From positions 54,101 through 118,100 of the forward strand of contig CAZYMH010000002.1 in the NCBI GenBank assembly GCA_964648105.1: a stretch of DNA of 64,000 bases, given 5' to 3'. A program made the translations under genes and the position numbers. Positions within the stretch are counted from its first letter, which is position 1; the number at the start of each line of letters is the position of its first letter. The notes beneath the pieces are model-generated. The model made no database searches. It saw nothing but the letters and a program-made list of their open reading frames with translations, and was not told the origin of the DNA. This DNA is from an uncultured Candidatus Saccharibacteria bacterium. GTDB lineage: Bacteria; Patescibacteriota; Saccharimonadia; Saccharimonadales; 2-12-FULL-41-12. This document shows positions 45,526 through 55,019 of the stretch, in pieces.

Positions 45526-46653
45526 TTATTTGATGTAATCGTGCAGTTTGCGAGCGTCTTTATGCTTACGTAGCTTAGCCAAAGCTTTGGCTTCTATCTG
45601 GCGAATTCGTTCACGAGTCACGCTAAATTCTTGACCAACTTCTTCCAATGTGTGATTTTTGCCGTCTTCAAGACCAAACCGTAGTTTAAGAATTTTTTGT
45701 TCACGGTCTGATAAGCCCGCTAACATATCTTTGACTTGCTCTTTTAGCAGTTGGTTGGTGGCTGATTCTTCAGGACTAACCGTATCTTCATCTTCGATAA
45801 AATCACCCAAAACACTATCTTCTTCATCGTCTCTAACCGAAGCATCAAGCGAGTGAATATCTTGCTTGATTTTCATGATATGTTCGACTTTATCGACTTC
45901 CATCTCCATGGCTTTGGCGATTTCTTCATTGGTTGGCTCGCGGTTCAACTCTTGCGTTAAACGACGTTGAGTTCTGAGTAATTTATTGATTGTCTCGAAC
46001 ATATGTACAGGAATACGAATTACTCGAGCCTGATCGGCAATCGCTCGAGTTATCGCTTGGCGAATCCACCAAGTTGCATAAGTCGAAAATTTAAAACCTT
46101 TATCAGGGTCAAATTTTTCCACCGCTCGGAGCAAACCCGTGTTGCCCTCTTGAATCAAATCAAGCAAATCCAAGCCGCGTCCGACATAACGCTTAGCGAT
46201 CGATACCACCAACCGCATATTAGCCTCAGCCATTTTATCTTTAGCTTCTTTTTCGCCAGCAACTACTCTTTGGGCTAACTCTAGCTCTTCATCGGCTTTA
46301 AGTAGTGGAATCTTGCCAATCTCTCGCAGATAAAGACGGACTGAGTCATCGGCAATATCGTCCATATAGTCTTTATCGTTCAAGACGACTTCTTCTTCCT
46401 CTTCTTCGACCCATTCGTCGCTAAATTCGACTGGCGAACTCGGCTCTTCTTCATCAGGTGTGGTAACGACAATTTTTTGTTCACTAAGTTGTTTATATAA
46501 ATCGTCTAAAAATTTCGAGTTTTTAGGTGAATCAGGAATGACTTTCTGAATTTCTTCTTGATCAATTCGACCATCTTTTTTGGCTTTGGCGACTAATTCG
46601 TTAACTGTTTCCTGCGAGATTTCAATAATTTTTTCGTCTGATTTTTTCGGCAT
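45526..46653 (-). CDS. rpoD: primary RNA polymerase sigma factor
   Basis: [40 protein letters not shown] and a region-4.2 [23 protein letters not shown]. An AGGAG SD is present and the gene follows dnaG. Confidence 0.9.
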   Translation of the reverse strand: MPKKSDEKIIEISQETVNELVAKAKKDGRIDQEEIQKVIPDSPKNSKFLDDLYKQLSEQKIVVTTPDEEEPSSPVEFSDEWVEEEEEEVVLNDKDYMDDIADDSVRLYLREIGKIPLLKADEELELAQRVVAGEKEAKDKMAEANMRLVVSIAKRYVGRGLDLLDLIQEGNTGLLRAVEKFDPDKGFKFSTYATWWIRQAITRAIADQARVIRIPVHMFETINKLLRTQRRLTQELNREPTNEEIAKAMEMEVDKVEHIMKIKQDIHSLDASVRDDEEDSVLGDFIEDEDTVSPEESATNQLLKEQVKDMLAGLSDREQKILKLRFGLEDGKNHTLEEVGQEFSVTRERIRQIEAKALAKLRKHKDARKLHDYIK

Positions 46654-46663
46654 AGATTACTCC

Positions 46664-48409
46664 TTATCTAAGATTGCTTAAGAGTTGATCGAGGTCTTTT
46701 ACTTCGGCAAGATATTGATTCATTTCCGACTCTTTAGCGTTATTCATTTTGCTTATAATTTGCTGTTTTTGATCTTTTACGTATAGTTCAACTAGCCGTG
46801 AATATAACCGAGTAATTTCGTCTTGCAAATCTACTGGGTCGACTTTGGCGTATAGTTCCTCAAATTGTAATGTTATAATTTTTACATATTCGCTCAATAC
46901 TTTCAAGTCTTTAGTATCTTTTAAGTCGCCCCTAAACTCAGGATTAGACTGCAAAAAATTAAATAATTGCTCAGCTTGATCATTTACAAACATTGCTTGA
47001 TTGATTTTAGGCAAAATAATTCTGGTTTTTGGCAACATCAGCAAAATCGTTAACAATCGATCTCCAACTTTGATACGTTCTTGCAGATTTGGGTCCGTAT
47101 TATTTGGTTGCTTGATCTGTTTTAGGCGTTTAATGGGCTGGCCAGCTTGTATGCCGCCGAGTTCAGAAATAACCGAATTTTTATCAACTTTTAAGATGTC
47201 AGCTAGTTTAGATATGTAATGATCTTTCTCAATTTGACTAGTTAGCCCATTTAAGACTGGCAGCAGTACCCCAGCTAAATGTTTTTTGCCCTCGATCGAA
47301 CTTGGATCAATCTGACTGAGGTGCTGGTTGAGCAGCCAATCAATCGCATAGTCTGATTTTTCAATTACGGATTGCCAGACGGCCGCGTCTTGTCTGATTA
47401 ATTCATCAGGGTCTTTACCGCTGGGGATAGTAATTACACTCAGTCTTACATTGGCCTGCGAAGCCAAGGGAATCGCCCGTTCGGTAGCTGCTAAACCTGC
47501 CCTATCCTCATCAAATGCCAATCGAACATCAGGCGAAAACCTACCCAAAGTCTTTAGTTGCATCAAAGTTAGAGCCGTCCCAGCGGTAGCCACAACATTT
47601 TTTACACCAGCTTGATGTGAGCTAATTACGTCTAAATTTCCTTCGGCCAAAACACTAAACTTATGCTTTTGAATCGAGGTTTTTGCCAAATGTAGTCCAT
47701 AAATGTGCCGAGATTTATCGTATAAAGGTGTTGACGGTGTATTAATATACTTCGGTGCATCGGACTTTTCTTCCAAAATGCGAGCTGTAAAACCAATGGT
47801 TTTGCCAAATTGATCACTTAGTGGAATCATCAGCCGGCCCCTAAACATATCGCCAGTTCCACCTCGTCGCTGGCTAGTTAAGCCACTTAAAGTAATTTCT
47901 CTTGAGTTATAGCCGAGTTTAGTCAAGAATTTTACTAGGACGTCACCGTTATTCGGGCTATAGCCCAGCCGAAAATCAACTAAAGTTTGTTTATTAAAAC
48001 CGCGTTTTTTGACTACATAATCTAGTGCTGATTGATTGGCTAGCAAATTAGCCTGATAAAATTTTGTAGCCTTTTCTAAAATTTCATGTAGCAACTCTTT
48101 ATTTACGCGATTGCCAGACGATTTTTGGTATTTTTCTAAGTCTACGCCTGCTTTTCGAGCCAATAATTCTAATGTAGCCTTAAAGTCTAGTCCTTCGACT
48201 TCTTGAACAAAACTAAACATGTCGCCGCCTCGGCCAGAACTAAAATCATGCCATATTTGTTTGTCTGGGCTAACTACAAAACTCGGTGTTTTTTCAGAGG
48301 TAAACGGGCTCAAACCCTTATAGTTTTTGCCAGCTCGTTTAAGGCTAACATACTCAGCCACTACATCTTCGATATTTAAACGAGCCTTGACCTCGCTCAC
48401 TGCATCCAT
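46664..48409 (-). CDS. dnaG: DNA primase (zinc-ligand-less zinc-binding domain)
   Basis: ZBD-like KGLSPFTSEKTPSFVVSP..WHDFSSGRGG, a TOPRIM region (LAEGNLDVIS, DEDRAGL) and a helicase-binding C-terminus. I take the start at ATG 48409 (MDAVSEVK), which lies 6 nt after TATAAT. Confidence 0.9.
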   Translation of the reverse strand: MDAVSEVKARLNIEDVVAEYVSLKRAGKNYKGLSPFTSEKTPSFVVSPDKQIWHDFSSGRGGDMFSFVQEVEGLDFKATLELLARKAGVDLEKYQKSSGNRVNKELLHEILEKATKFYQANLLANQSALDYVVKKRGFNKQTLVDFRLGYSPNNGDVLVKFLTKLGYNSREITLSGLTSQRRGGTGDMFRGRLMIPLSDQFGKTIGFTARILEEKSDAPKYINTPSTPLYDKSRHIYGLHLAKTSIQKHKFSVLAEGNLDVISSHQAGVKNVVATAGTALTLMQLKTLGRFSPDVRLAFDEDRAGLAATERAIPLASQANVRLSVITIPSGKDPDELIRQDAAVWQSVIEKSDYAIDWLLNQHLSQIDPSSIEGKKHLAGVLLPVLNGLTSQIEKDHYISKLADILKVDKNSVISELGGIQAGQPIKRLKQIKQPNNTDPNLQERIKVGDRLLTILLMLPKTRIILPKINQAMFVNDQAEQLFNFLQSNPEFRGDLKDTKDLKVLSEYVKIITLQFEELYAKVDPVDLQDEITRLYSRLVELYVKDQKQQIISKMNNAKESEMNQYLAEVKDLDQLLSNLR

Positions 48410-48415
48410 AATTTT

Positions 48416-48421
48416 ATTATA
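48416..48421 (-). promoter_or_regulatory. -10 box of dnaG (leaderless spacing)
   Basis: Minus strand TATAAT ends 6 nt before the ATG at 48409. Confidence 0.4.
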
Positions 48422-48474
48422 GTGTTTTTTGGCAAATATCACCTAATCTATAGGCGAAATGCCTCAAGCTGTTG

Positions 48475-48480
48475 TAAAAT
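48475..48480 (+). promoter_or_regulatory. -10 box for divergent 214-aa gene (leaderless spacing)
   Basis: TAAAAT ends 7 nt before the ATG at 48488. Confidence 0.35.
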
Positions 48481-48487
48481 AATGCTT

Positions 48488-49132
48488 ATGTATCCCAACA
48501 ATCAAAATGTTCAAAATCCTGATAATTTTAATCCGAGTCCTTCACCGCAAAATCCAAATCCTTACTCATTTATCACTGATGAACCACACCATTCTCCGCG
48601 TAAATTACCATTACCGAGTGGTAAAACTGGTAAATTTCTTGTTATTGGCATAGGCGTAGTTGTACTAATTATTATTATCGGCGTTTTTATAAATCTGCTT
48701 GGTAGTGGCGACAAAGATCGTACTCAAAGTTACATCGAACTAGCCAAGAAACAAACCGAAATTATTCGACTGAGTGGTCTAGCCGAAACTAAAGCCAAAA
48801 ACTTCGACACCAAAGCTTATTCCCTAACCACTAAATTATCGCTAGAAACTTCTCAAAAAGAATTGATTGGCCGACTCGAAAAACGCGGCATAAAAAGCAA
48901 GGATTTATCAAAGCAACTATCGGCTAGTAAAAATAAACAATCCGATCAACTGCTTGCTGATGCTGAAAAAAATGGTCGTTACGACGAAACATTGCTCGGT
49001 CTGATCAATAAAAATCTCGAAAATTATCAGACAGAGGTCAAAACATCTTCTGGCGGAGCCACCGCCAATGACTTTAAAGTCCTCGAAAAAGCCTATAAGC
49101 AAGTTTCGGTGCTACAAGCTACCAACAACTAG
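48488..49132 (+). CDS. hypothetical membrane-anchored protein (Pro/Asn-rich N-terminus, one TM, helical ectodomain)
   Basis: TM helix FLVIGIGVVVLIIIIGVFINLL. The start is uncertain among 48422, 48482 and 48488; I chose 48488 from the promoter spacing. Confidence 0.5.
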   Translation: MYPNNQNVQNPDNFNPSPSPQNPNPYSFITDEPHHSPRKLPLPSGKTGKFLVIGIGVVVLIIIIGVFINLLGSGDKDRTQSYIELAKKQTEIIRLSGLAETKAKNFDTKAYSLTTKLSLETSQKELIGRLEKRGIKSKDLSKQLSASKNKQSDQLLADAEKNGRYDETLLGLINKNLENYQTEVKTSSGGATANDFKVLEKAYKQVSVLQATNN

Positions 49133-49459
49133 TTCGTAACTATGCCTGATTAAGTCTTTGACTTGTTCATCAGTTAATTGACCAGACAAAACCAGAGTAT
49201 TCCAGTGCTTTTTATTCAGGTGATAGCCAGGCATGACTGTCTCGTACTTTTCTCTTAAAACTTCAGCAAGGCCTGGGTCGCATTTCAGACTTAGCCGCAG
49301 CGGGTCGGAGTTAGCACTAATTAACGCAAACATTTTGCTGTCATTTTTGGCAGCTTGTTTAGAGCCAATTTTATAAACATAAACATCTTCGCCAAATGGA
49401 AAGTCTAGCCAAGTATTTGGTAAGCTAAGAATATAGTTTTCGACCTCGGTGTGTTTCAT
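49112..49459 (-). CDS. MmcQ/YjbR-family protein
   Basis: 115 aa with YILSLPNTWLDFPFGEDVYVYKIGSK..MFALIS..LSLKCDP...HLNKKHWNTL, which matches the YjbR pattern. Confidence 0.6.
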   Translation of the reverse strand: MKHTEVENYILSLPNTWLDFPFGEDVYVYKIGSKQAAKNDSKMFALISANSDPLRLSLKCDPGLAEVLREKYETVMPGYHLNKKHWNTLVLSGQLTDEQVKDLIRHSYELVVGSL

Positions 49460-49466
49460 AACAAAC

Positions 49467-49475
49467 AGTTTAGCA
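49467..49475 (-). promoter_or_regulatory. extended -10 promoter (leaderless spacing) for the YjbR-like gene
   Basis: Minus strand TGcTAAACT ends 7 nt before the ATG at 49459. Confidence 0.4.
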
Positions 49476-49499
49476 CAGTACTTTCGATTATTTAATCTG

Positions 49500-50054
49500 T
49501 TAGATATTTTTTAGAGCCTGCAAATAATACTGCAGTTCGGCAATCGAGGCTTGAATATCATCGAATGCTCGATGCTCGTCTTTTTTCTGAAAGCTAACAC
49601 CATATTTGGTTTGCATAATTATTTTATAGCTACTAACATCCACCATCCGATAATGGAGTAAATTTTCGACACTTAGCCACTGCTTGCGAATAAAAAAACG
49701 ATCATTATGAATCGAATTACCTGCTAGTACAGCTGGTTCGTTGCCAAATTGAGCTTTTATAAAGCCAACTAGTTCATGAATTACCTCATTTTCTGGGCGA
49801 CCCTCTAGTTTTATTTTATCGATTAAACCGCTCTTTTGATGTTGACTTTGCGACCACGGATTCATGTTGTTTAGCACTTCATCATCCCTTGCGATAATTG
49901 CTTCGTAGCTAGCCAAAGTTTTAAAGTCCATGTCTGTTACCTCAGCGGCAACCTCGATAATTACATCCTGGTCTGGGTCAAGCCCTGTCATCTCCAAGTC
50001 AATCCACAGTAATTTAGTCGGTAATTTGTCTTTATCTATATTTGCCATACTCAT
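49500..50054 (-). CDS. orn: oligoribonuclease
   Basis: LLWIDLEMTGLDPDQDVIIEVAAEVTD (DEDDh exonuclease motif I), GNSIHNDRFFI and HRAFDDIQASI. I take the start at ATG 50054 from the promoter spacing; 50048 and the TTG at 50060 are alternatives. Confidence 0.85.
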   Translation of the reverse strand: MSMANIDKDKLPTKLLWIDLEMTGLDPDQDVIIEVAAEVTDMDFKTLASYEAIIARDDEVLNNMNPWSQSQHQKSGLIDKIKLEGRPENEVIHELVGFIKAQFGNEPAVLAGNSIHNDRFFIRKQWLSVENLLHYRMVDVSSYKIIMQTKYGVSFQKKDEHRAFDDIQASIAELQYYLQALKNI

Positions 50055-50061
50055 AACCAAC

Positions 50062-50070
50062 AGTATACCA
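50062..50070 (-). promoter_or_regulatory. extended -10 promoter of orn (leaderless spacing)
   Basis: Minus strand TGgTATACT ends 7 nt before the ATG at 50054. Confidence 0.45.
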
Positions 50071-50074
50071 AATA

Positions 50075-50083
50075 TGTTATTAT
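50075..50083 (+). promoter_or_regulatory. extended -10 promoter of the VanY-like gene (leaderless spacing)
   Basis: TGtTATTAT ends 6 nt before the ATG at 50090, and no SD is present. Confidence 0.45.
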
Positions 50084-50089
50084 CAGCTC

Positions 50090-50872
50090 ATGAAATTTAA
50101 GTTACCTAACAATTATAAAAGCCGTAGAACCTTGGTTGCTTTGACGATAATTTTGTTAGTAATAATCGGCGTAGTAATTTATTTAGTATCCAAAAAACCT
50201 CAACAAAAGGCCCTGCCTAGCCCTGTCGGCAATTCCAACTCTCAGACCAAGCCCCAAACCACTCCGTCGCCAGCCCCAGCTCCAACCCCAGAGCCAGTCA
50301 AGCCTACTCCAACTCCAGCTTCAGTATCTGACCCGAGTTCATTAACTGCAGTTATTAATAAACAACGACCTTTGCCAGCGGGCTATGTACCACCAAATCT
50401 TGTTGCGGTTGCAGGCGGCACAGTCCGCTCTGAAGCGGCAACAAACCTCAATCAACTCCTTCAAGATGCTCAATCGGCAGGTGTTGGCATGAAAATTATT
50501 AGTTCATACCGCTCATATGCCACCCAACAATCAACTTACAATGGTTGGGTGGCCCGCGACGGTGTGGCTCAGGCCGATACTTACAGTGCCAGACCTGGCT
50601 ACAGCGAGCATCAGACGGGGCTTGCGATTGATTTAGGTAATGGAACTTGTGACTTAGAAATTTGCTTTGGAACTACTGCCAGTGGAATTTGGCTCAAAAA
50701 TAATGCACCAAAATATGGGTTTGTAATCCGATATCCACAAGGAAAAACATCGGTGACAGGCTATCAATACGAGCCATGGCACATCAGATATATTGGCAGT
50801 AACTATGCTCGCCAAGTAGGCGATCTCACCTTAGAAGAATATTTTAAACTACCAGCCGCTCCTAGCTACTAG
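50090..50872 (+). CDS. D-alanyl-D-alanine carboxypeptidase, VanY/M15B family, membrane anchored
   Basis: An N-terminal TM helix, a Pro/Thr-rich linker, and SYRSYATQ, GYSEHQTGLAIDL and EPWHIRY. Confidence 0.8.
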   Translation: MKFKLPNNYKSRRTLVALTIILLVIIGVVIYLVSKKPQQKALPSPVGNSNSQTKPQTTPSPAPAPTPEPVKPTPTPASVSDPSSLTAVINKQRPLPAGYVPPNLVAVAGGTVRSEAATNLNQLLQDAQSAGVGMKIISSYRSYATQQSTYNGWVARDGVAQADTYSARPGYSEHQTGLAIDLGNGTCDLEICFGTTASGIWLKNNAPKYGFVIRYPQGKTSVTGYQYEPWHIRYIGSNYARQVGDLTLEEYFKLPAAPSY

Positions 50873-51494
50873 TTAAAATCTCTTTTAGCTGACTTACTGT
50901 ATCAACTAAATAAGTTGGTTGCTGCTGAGCTAGCAATGAGCCGTCTTGCAGGCCCCAACTAACAGATATTGTGTTAACTTTAGCTTTATTACCTGCCTCG
51001 ACATCACGCACCTCGTCTCCGACCATCCAAACGTTTGCTTTGTCATATTTTTTGGCACTGACTAACTTATTTATACTTCTGGATTTACCAAATAAACTTG
51101 GTCGTTTCAAAATTGTGACTTTGTCGGCTACTTTATACCGTTCCAAGACATTCTTAATCGTCGCCTCACTATTTGAGCTAAGCACATAAATATCACATTT
51201 ATTGTCATGTAATTTATTAATAATTTCTGGTACTCCATCAAAAAGCTTAGCTTCTTTTTTGTGGTGGGCAAACATTGTGCGACCCTTACTTAAGATACTA
51301 GGCAGTTGCCAATACCTTATTCCAGCCCATTTTAGGACTTGTTTGAGGTTTTTTTTGCGTAGCTCATAGAAATCTTCGTCGGTCACCTCAGGTAGCTTAT
51401 ACTGGGTCGCCAACTCAGCGTAAATTTTACGAAAAATTGGCACAACGTCGGCTATCGTGCCATCGAAATCAAATATTATAACTTTTTCTTTCAT
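50862..51494 (-). CDS. HAD-superfamily hydrolase (phosphatase-like)
   Basis: Motif I IIFDFDGTIAD, motif II LSSNS, and motif IV MVGDEVRD. The start overlaps the argS stop by 4 nt. Confidence 0.7.
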   Translation of the reverse strand: MKEKVIIFDFDGTIADVVPIFRKIYAELATQYKLPEVTDEDFYELRKKNLKQVLKWAGIRYWQLPSILSKGRTMFAHHKKEAKLFDGVPEIINKLHDNKCDIYVLSSNSEATIKNVLERYKVADKVTILKRPSLFGKSRSINKLVSAKKYDKANVWMVGDEVRDVEAGNKAKVNTISVSWGLQDGSLLAQQQPTYLVDTVSQLKEILTSS

Positions 51495-53146
51495 ATTTTG
51501 GTTGGAGTTGGCACACCTACCAACTCTAATCCTTTTTGCAAAATTTGTTGATATTTACTGACCAAAAATAATCTCGCGGCTTCTCGCTCGTCACCAATAA
51601 TTCGGTTTGTTTCATAAAACCGGTTAAATTCTTGAGCTAAATTGTACAAGTAACTAATAACATGGTGTGGTGAAAAATCCTTAACAGCCAGGCCCAAAGC
51701 TTGATCAAAATCAGTTAATTTGAGACCAAACTGCCGTTCACTACCAGTTAATTCTTGAGGCACGGAAGCTTGTTTTTCGGTTTTATCGAGCAAAGAATTG
51801 GCCCTTGCTAAAGCATATTGCATGTAAGGTCCGCTGTTACCTTCAGTACTAATTGATTTATCTAAGTCGAAAGCAATATCGCCACCTACCCTACTCTTGA
51901 GCAGTGAGTATTTGATTGCTCCTAATACCATATCGTCTTTAACTGCCTGATTATTGGCAGAAATCGCTGAATTTACTGATTCGATTACATCAGTCGCCTT
52001 AGTAACGTTACCTAAGCGAGAACTCATTTTTTGGCCATCGGCAAATTTTACCGTGCCATTAGTGACGTGTCGTTGTCTGGCGGCTAGTTCAGGGTCGATT
52101 AAGTCCAGTGCCTTAAAAACCACTTTCATATATTCAGCTTGATCATTGCCAGTTAAGACAACTCGTTTTTGATAATCAAAATCTTCAGTTTCTAAGGCGA
52201 TTACCCCTAAATCTTTTGTTTCGTAGGTAGGTAAGCCCGCCGAAGTTACAAAAACTCTGGTGTGCAGTCCTGATTTCGCCTCTGTTAGCACGACTGCCCC
52301 ATCACTTTCCTCAAAAACATCTTGCAGATTTTGACTAACTAGCTCTAGCCCAACACCTGACGTTGCACTTTCGGGGTAATATTTGTTGAAGGCTTTAACT
52401 CGAATATTGTAATAAAATTTGTCAAAATAATCATAGCTCCACTGTCGAGTGGTGAAATAAATTCGAGCAAAATCTGAAGTTGTATCGCCTGACTCATGTA
52501 AACCATAAATTTGTTTATTCAAATTATCGATATCGGCTTTGATAAATTCGTCGGTTTCATATGCCTTTGAGCCAGCAATATATGCCTGCGATATCCATCC
52601 CGCATGGTCTTCAACATCTGTTAATTTATCGAAATTTTGTCCACCAAGTGCTTCCAAAACTCCCCACATACACTTTGCAGCATGCAAGCCAACATCACCA
52701 CCAAAACTGGTCCGAAAGACCTTTGCCCCTAAATATTCGTAAATTCTACCAATGCTATCACCAATCAGCGTTTGATAAAGGTGTCCAGTATGCAGCTCTT
52801 TAAAAGCATTCGGACAAGAATATTCTAATAAAATATTTTCGTTTTGATATGTATGATCAATCGAGTTATCAGAATTTAATTGATCAATAATTTGATTATC
52901 ATTTAGCCAAATATTTAAAAAACCAGGTCCAGCCACTTCGACTTTACTAAACATAAAATTAGTCGAAATTTCCGACAGTAATTGATTGGCAATTTCTCTC
53001 GGATTTAAACCCAGTTTTGGACTAAGCTGCATAGCTGCATTACTTGCAAAATCACAGTGTTCAGACCTAATAAAATCGGCTTTAGCCGCTTGTCCGTAAA
53101 CTTTCTGGATAGCCTCATTCAAAACACCGTTAATTTTATTTAACAT
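51491..53146 (-). CDS. argS: arginine--tRNA ligase
   Basis: Class I HIGH variant PNAFKELHTGHLYQTLIGDS, an MSSRLGN (KMSK-like) motif and a DALR anticodon-binding C-terminus. Confidence 0.9.
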   Translation of the reverse strand: MLNKINGVLNEAIQKVYGQAAKADFIRSEHCDFASNAAMQLSPKLGLNPREIANQLLSEISTNFMFSKVEVAGPGFLNIWLNDNQIIDQLNSDNSIDHTYQNENILLEYSCPNAFKELHTGHLYQTLIGDSIGRIYEYLGAKVFRTSFGGDVGLHAAKCMWGVLEALGGQNFDKLTDVEDHAGWISQAYIAGSKAYETDEFIKADIDNLNKQIYGLHESGDTTSDFARIYFTTRQWSYDYFDKFYYNIRVKAFNKYYPESATSGVGLELVSQNLQDVFEESDGAVVLTEAKSGLHTRVFVTSAGLPTYETKDLGVIALETEDFDYQKRVVLTGNDQAEYMKVVFKALDLIDPELAARQRHVTNGTVKFADGQKMSSRLGNVTKATDVIESVNSAISANNQAVKDDMVLGAIKYSLLKSRVGGDIAFDLDKSISTEGNSGPYMQYALARANSLLDKTEKQASVPQELTGSERQFGLKLTDFDQALGLAVKDFSPHHVISYLYNLAQEFNRFYETNRIIGDEREAARLFLVSKYQQILQKGLELVGVPTPTKI

Positions 53147-53153
53147 ATTAGCT

Positions 53154-53162
53154 ATTATAACA
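53154..53162 (-). promoter_or_regulatory. extended -10 promoter of argS (leaderless spacing)
   Basis: Minus strand TGtTATAAT ends 7 nt before the ATG at 53146, and no SD is present. Confidence 0.5.
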
Positions 53163-53184
53163 GAGACAATTAACCGTAATATGG

Positions 53185-53805
53185 TTAGTGATTTTTTGCA
53201 TATAAGTTTGCCAGTTCATAAACCACCCAATAAATCGCCGACAACAGTAAAAATAATAAAACCGTGACAACGTAAGTTGATTTGTTGGCAAACGGATTAA
53301 CGATCTGGTCACTGACATCGAAAATTAAACCCATCGGGCTAAGTAACAAATCCCAACTATTCCACCGCGAATATCGTCCTAGATAAATCGCAAAGCTAGC
53401 TAGAGCAAAAATAACCATAATAACTATATTTGACCGAGAATTACCAAGCCTTTTTTGCAAAATTTTGTGAACCATAAATACGCTACCCAAACCAATGATT
53501 AAACCACTAATAATAAACGATTGCAGCAAAATAACATCGTAGATTAGGCTGATTTCAGTGGTTTTACGTAAATGCAGCATATCAGTTAACATATAAAAAC
53601 TATTTGGCAAAAATATTAGCCACAGTCCAAATATAACCAACCATTTTGGGGTAATAAAATACTTAGCTTTAGATAAACTTCTCAGCCAAACCGCCAAAAA
53701 CAGTGGTACTACGCCAAGCGTTAAGTTCCACAGCATAAAAACATAGCGACTACTACCACTTTCAATCATTCTGATTAAAAATAATAAAATTGGTAGCAAA
53801 CACAA
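53185..53805 (-). CDS. DUF1361-like polytopic membrane protein (start uncertain)
   Basis: MLWNLTLGVVPLFLA and FLPNSFYMLTDMLHL resemble DUF1361 motifs. The ORF-track start is a TTG that sits in the middle of a predicted TM helix. Confidence 0.55.
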   Translation of the reverse strand: MCLLPILLFLIRMIESGSSRYVFMLWNLTLGVVPLFLAVWLRSLSKAKYFITPKWLVIFGLWLIFLPNSFYMLTDMLHLRKTTEISLIYDVILLQSFIISGLIIGLGSVFMVHKILQKRLGNSRSNIVIMVIFALASFAIYLGRYSRWNSWDLLLSPMGLIFDVSDQIVNPFANKSTYVVTVLLFLLLSAIYWVVYELANLYAKNH

Positions 53806-53867
53806 CCAAACAATACTTAATAGTAAATGATTTTGACGAGAAGTGAGTTTTTTGCGACTAAATAGGA

Positions 53868-54902
53868 TTATTTGACCAGCTCCTGTTTTAATTTCTCTAT
53901 CAGATCAACCGGGGATGGGTTGAGACCGTTTAAGAGTGCTAAATACAAGCTTACAAAATCACCAAACGTTGTGCCATATATCATCTGTTTCATTAAACTA
54001 TCACCGACCAAATTTACAACTTCCGCGACAGGTTTTTTGCCACTAAGCAACTTTTCACTTATTTCAAAGCGTTTAATTATTTGCGGATGATCAAAACTAC
54101 TGACCAAATTTATTATCTTGTACGGCTTATTCTCTGGGTGCGAAGACCAACCCAAAAATTCATTATGGTTAAATTCAGGATAGGCGTTACACCAAGCTAC
54201 ATTTTTGGCATTTTCGTTGAAACTAATTTTCCATTTATAAGCTATAGGGTAAAAAAGACTACTGGCGTAAACCACTACCGAGCTTCCCACTAGTTCTTGG
54301 GCTAATTGCTTAGTTGGATTGCTGGCAGTTGGCACATCTGGCCGATATTTATCAAGCTGAGTTTTTAATTCTTCGGCATAATCTTCTAGGTCTGTCACGC
54401 AGCTACTATCGCATAAGCTAGCTGCAGCTAGAGCTTCGACCACCGCCTTTAAAATAGCTAAGGTGGCATAACGCGGTTGTGGTATATTCGGTAGTTTTGC
54501 TAACGGATAGCCTTTAGTTTGAGCGATTTCGGCTAATTTACCTCCGTTAGTTATGACAACTATAACCGCATTTTTAGCTTCGGCCTGAGCCAGTGCTGAT
54601 AAAGTTTCTTCCGTATTACCGCTAAAACTACAGCAAATAAAAAATGTTCGATTAGTGACGTAACTCGGTATATCATATGTTCGACATACCTCAAATGGCA
54701 GTTTATGACCTGGCCAAGTTTGGCTGAGCGAAGCCGATAATGACGAGCCACCCATACCTGCATAAACAATATTATCGAAGTGGCCCTCAATTTGAGGTAA
54801 ATTATAAGTTTCCTTTAGTTGTTGCCACTGATTAAGTGCTACCCCTAAAGCATCTTGAGCATCTCGCTCATGTATCATTTTTAGATCATCTAGTACTGAC
54901 AT
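53868..54902 (-). CDS. bifunctional phosphoglucose/phosphomannose isomerase (SIS family)
   Basis: SIS motif YAGMGGSSLSA and CCSFSGNTEET, with a C-terminal PGI/PMI-type domain. A strong AGGGAGGA SD is present. Confidence 0.7.
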   Translation of the reverse strand: MSVLDDLKMIHERDAQDALGVALNQWQQLKETYNLPQIEGHFDNIVYAGMGGSSLSASLSQTWPGHKLPFEVCRTYDIPSYVTNRTFFICCSFSGNTEETLSALAQAEAKNAVIVVITNGGKLAEIAQTKGYPLAKLPNIPQPRYATLAILKAVVEALAAASLCDSSCVTDLEDYAEELKTQLDKYRPDVPTASNPTKQLAQELVGSSVVVYASSLFYPIAYKWKISFNENAKNVAWCNAYPEFNHNEFLGWSSHPENKPYKIINLVSSFDHPQIIKRFEISEKLLSGKKPVAEVVNLVGDSLMKQMIYGTTFGDFVSLYLALLNGLNPSPVDLIEKLKQELVK

Positions 54903-55019
54903 CTATCCTCCCTTTTTATAAACTCATTATACATCGAAAAATATTTGGATTTGTCGCTTATGCTCAAAATTGTTAAAATATACCTATATACAGCATGTTA
55001 AATGAACAAAAGGAGTGGT

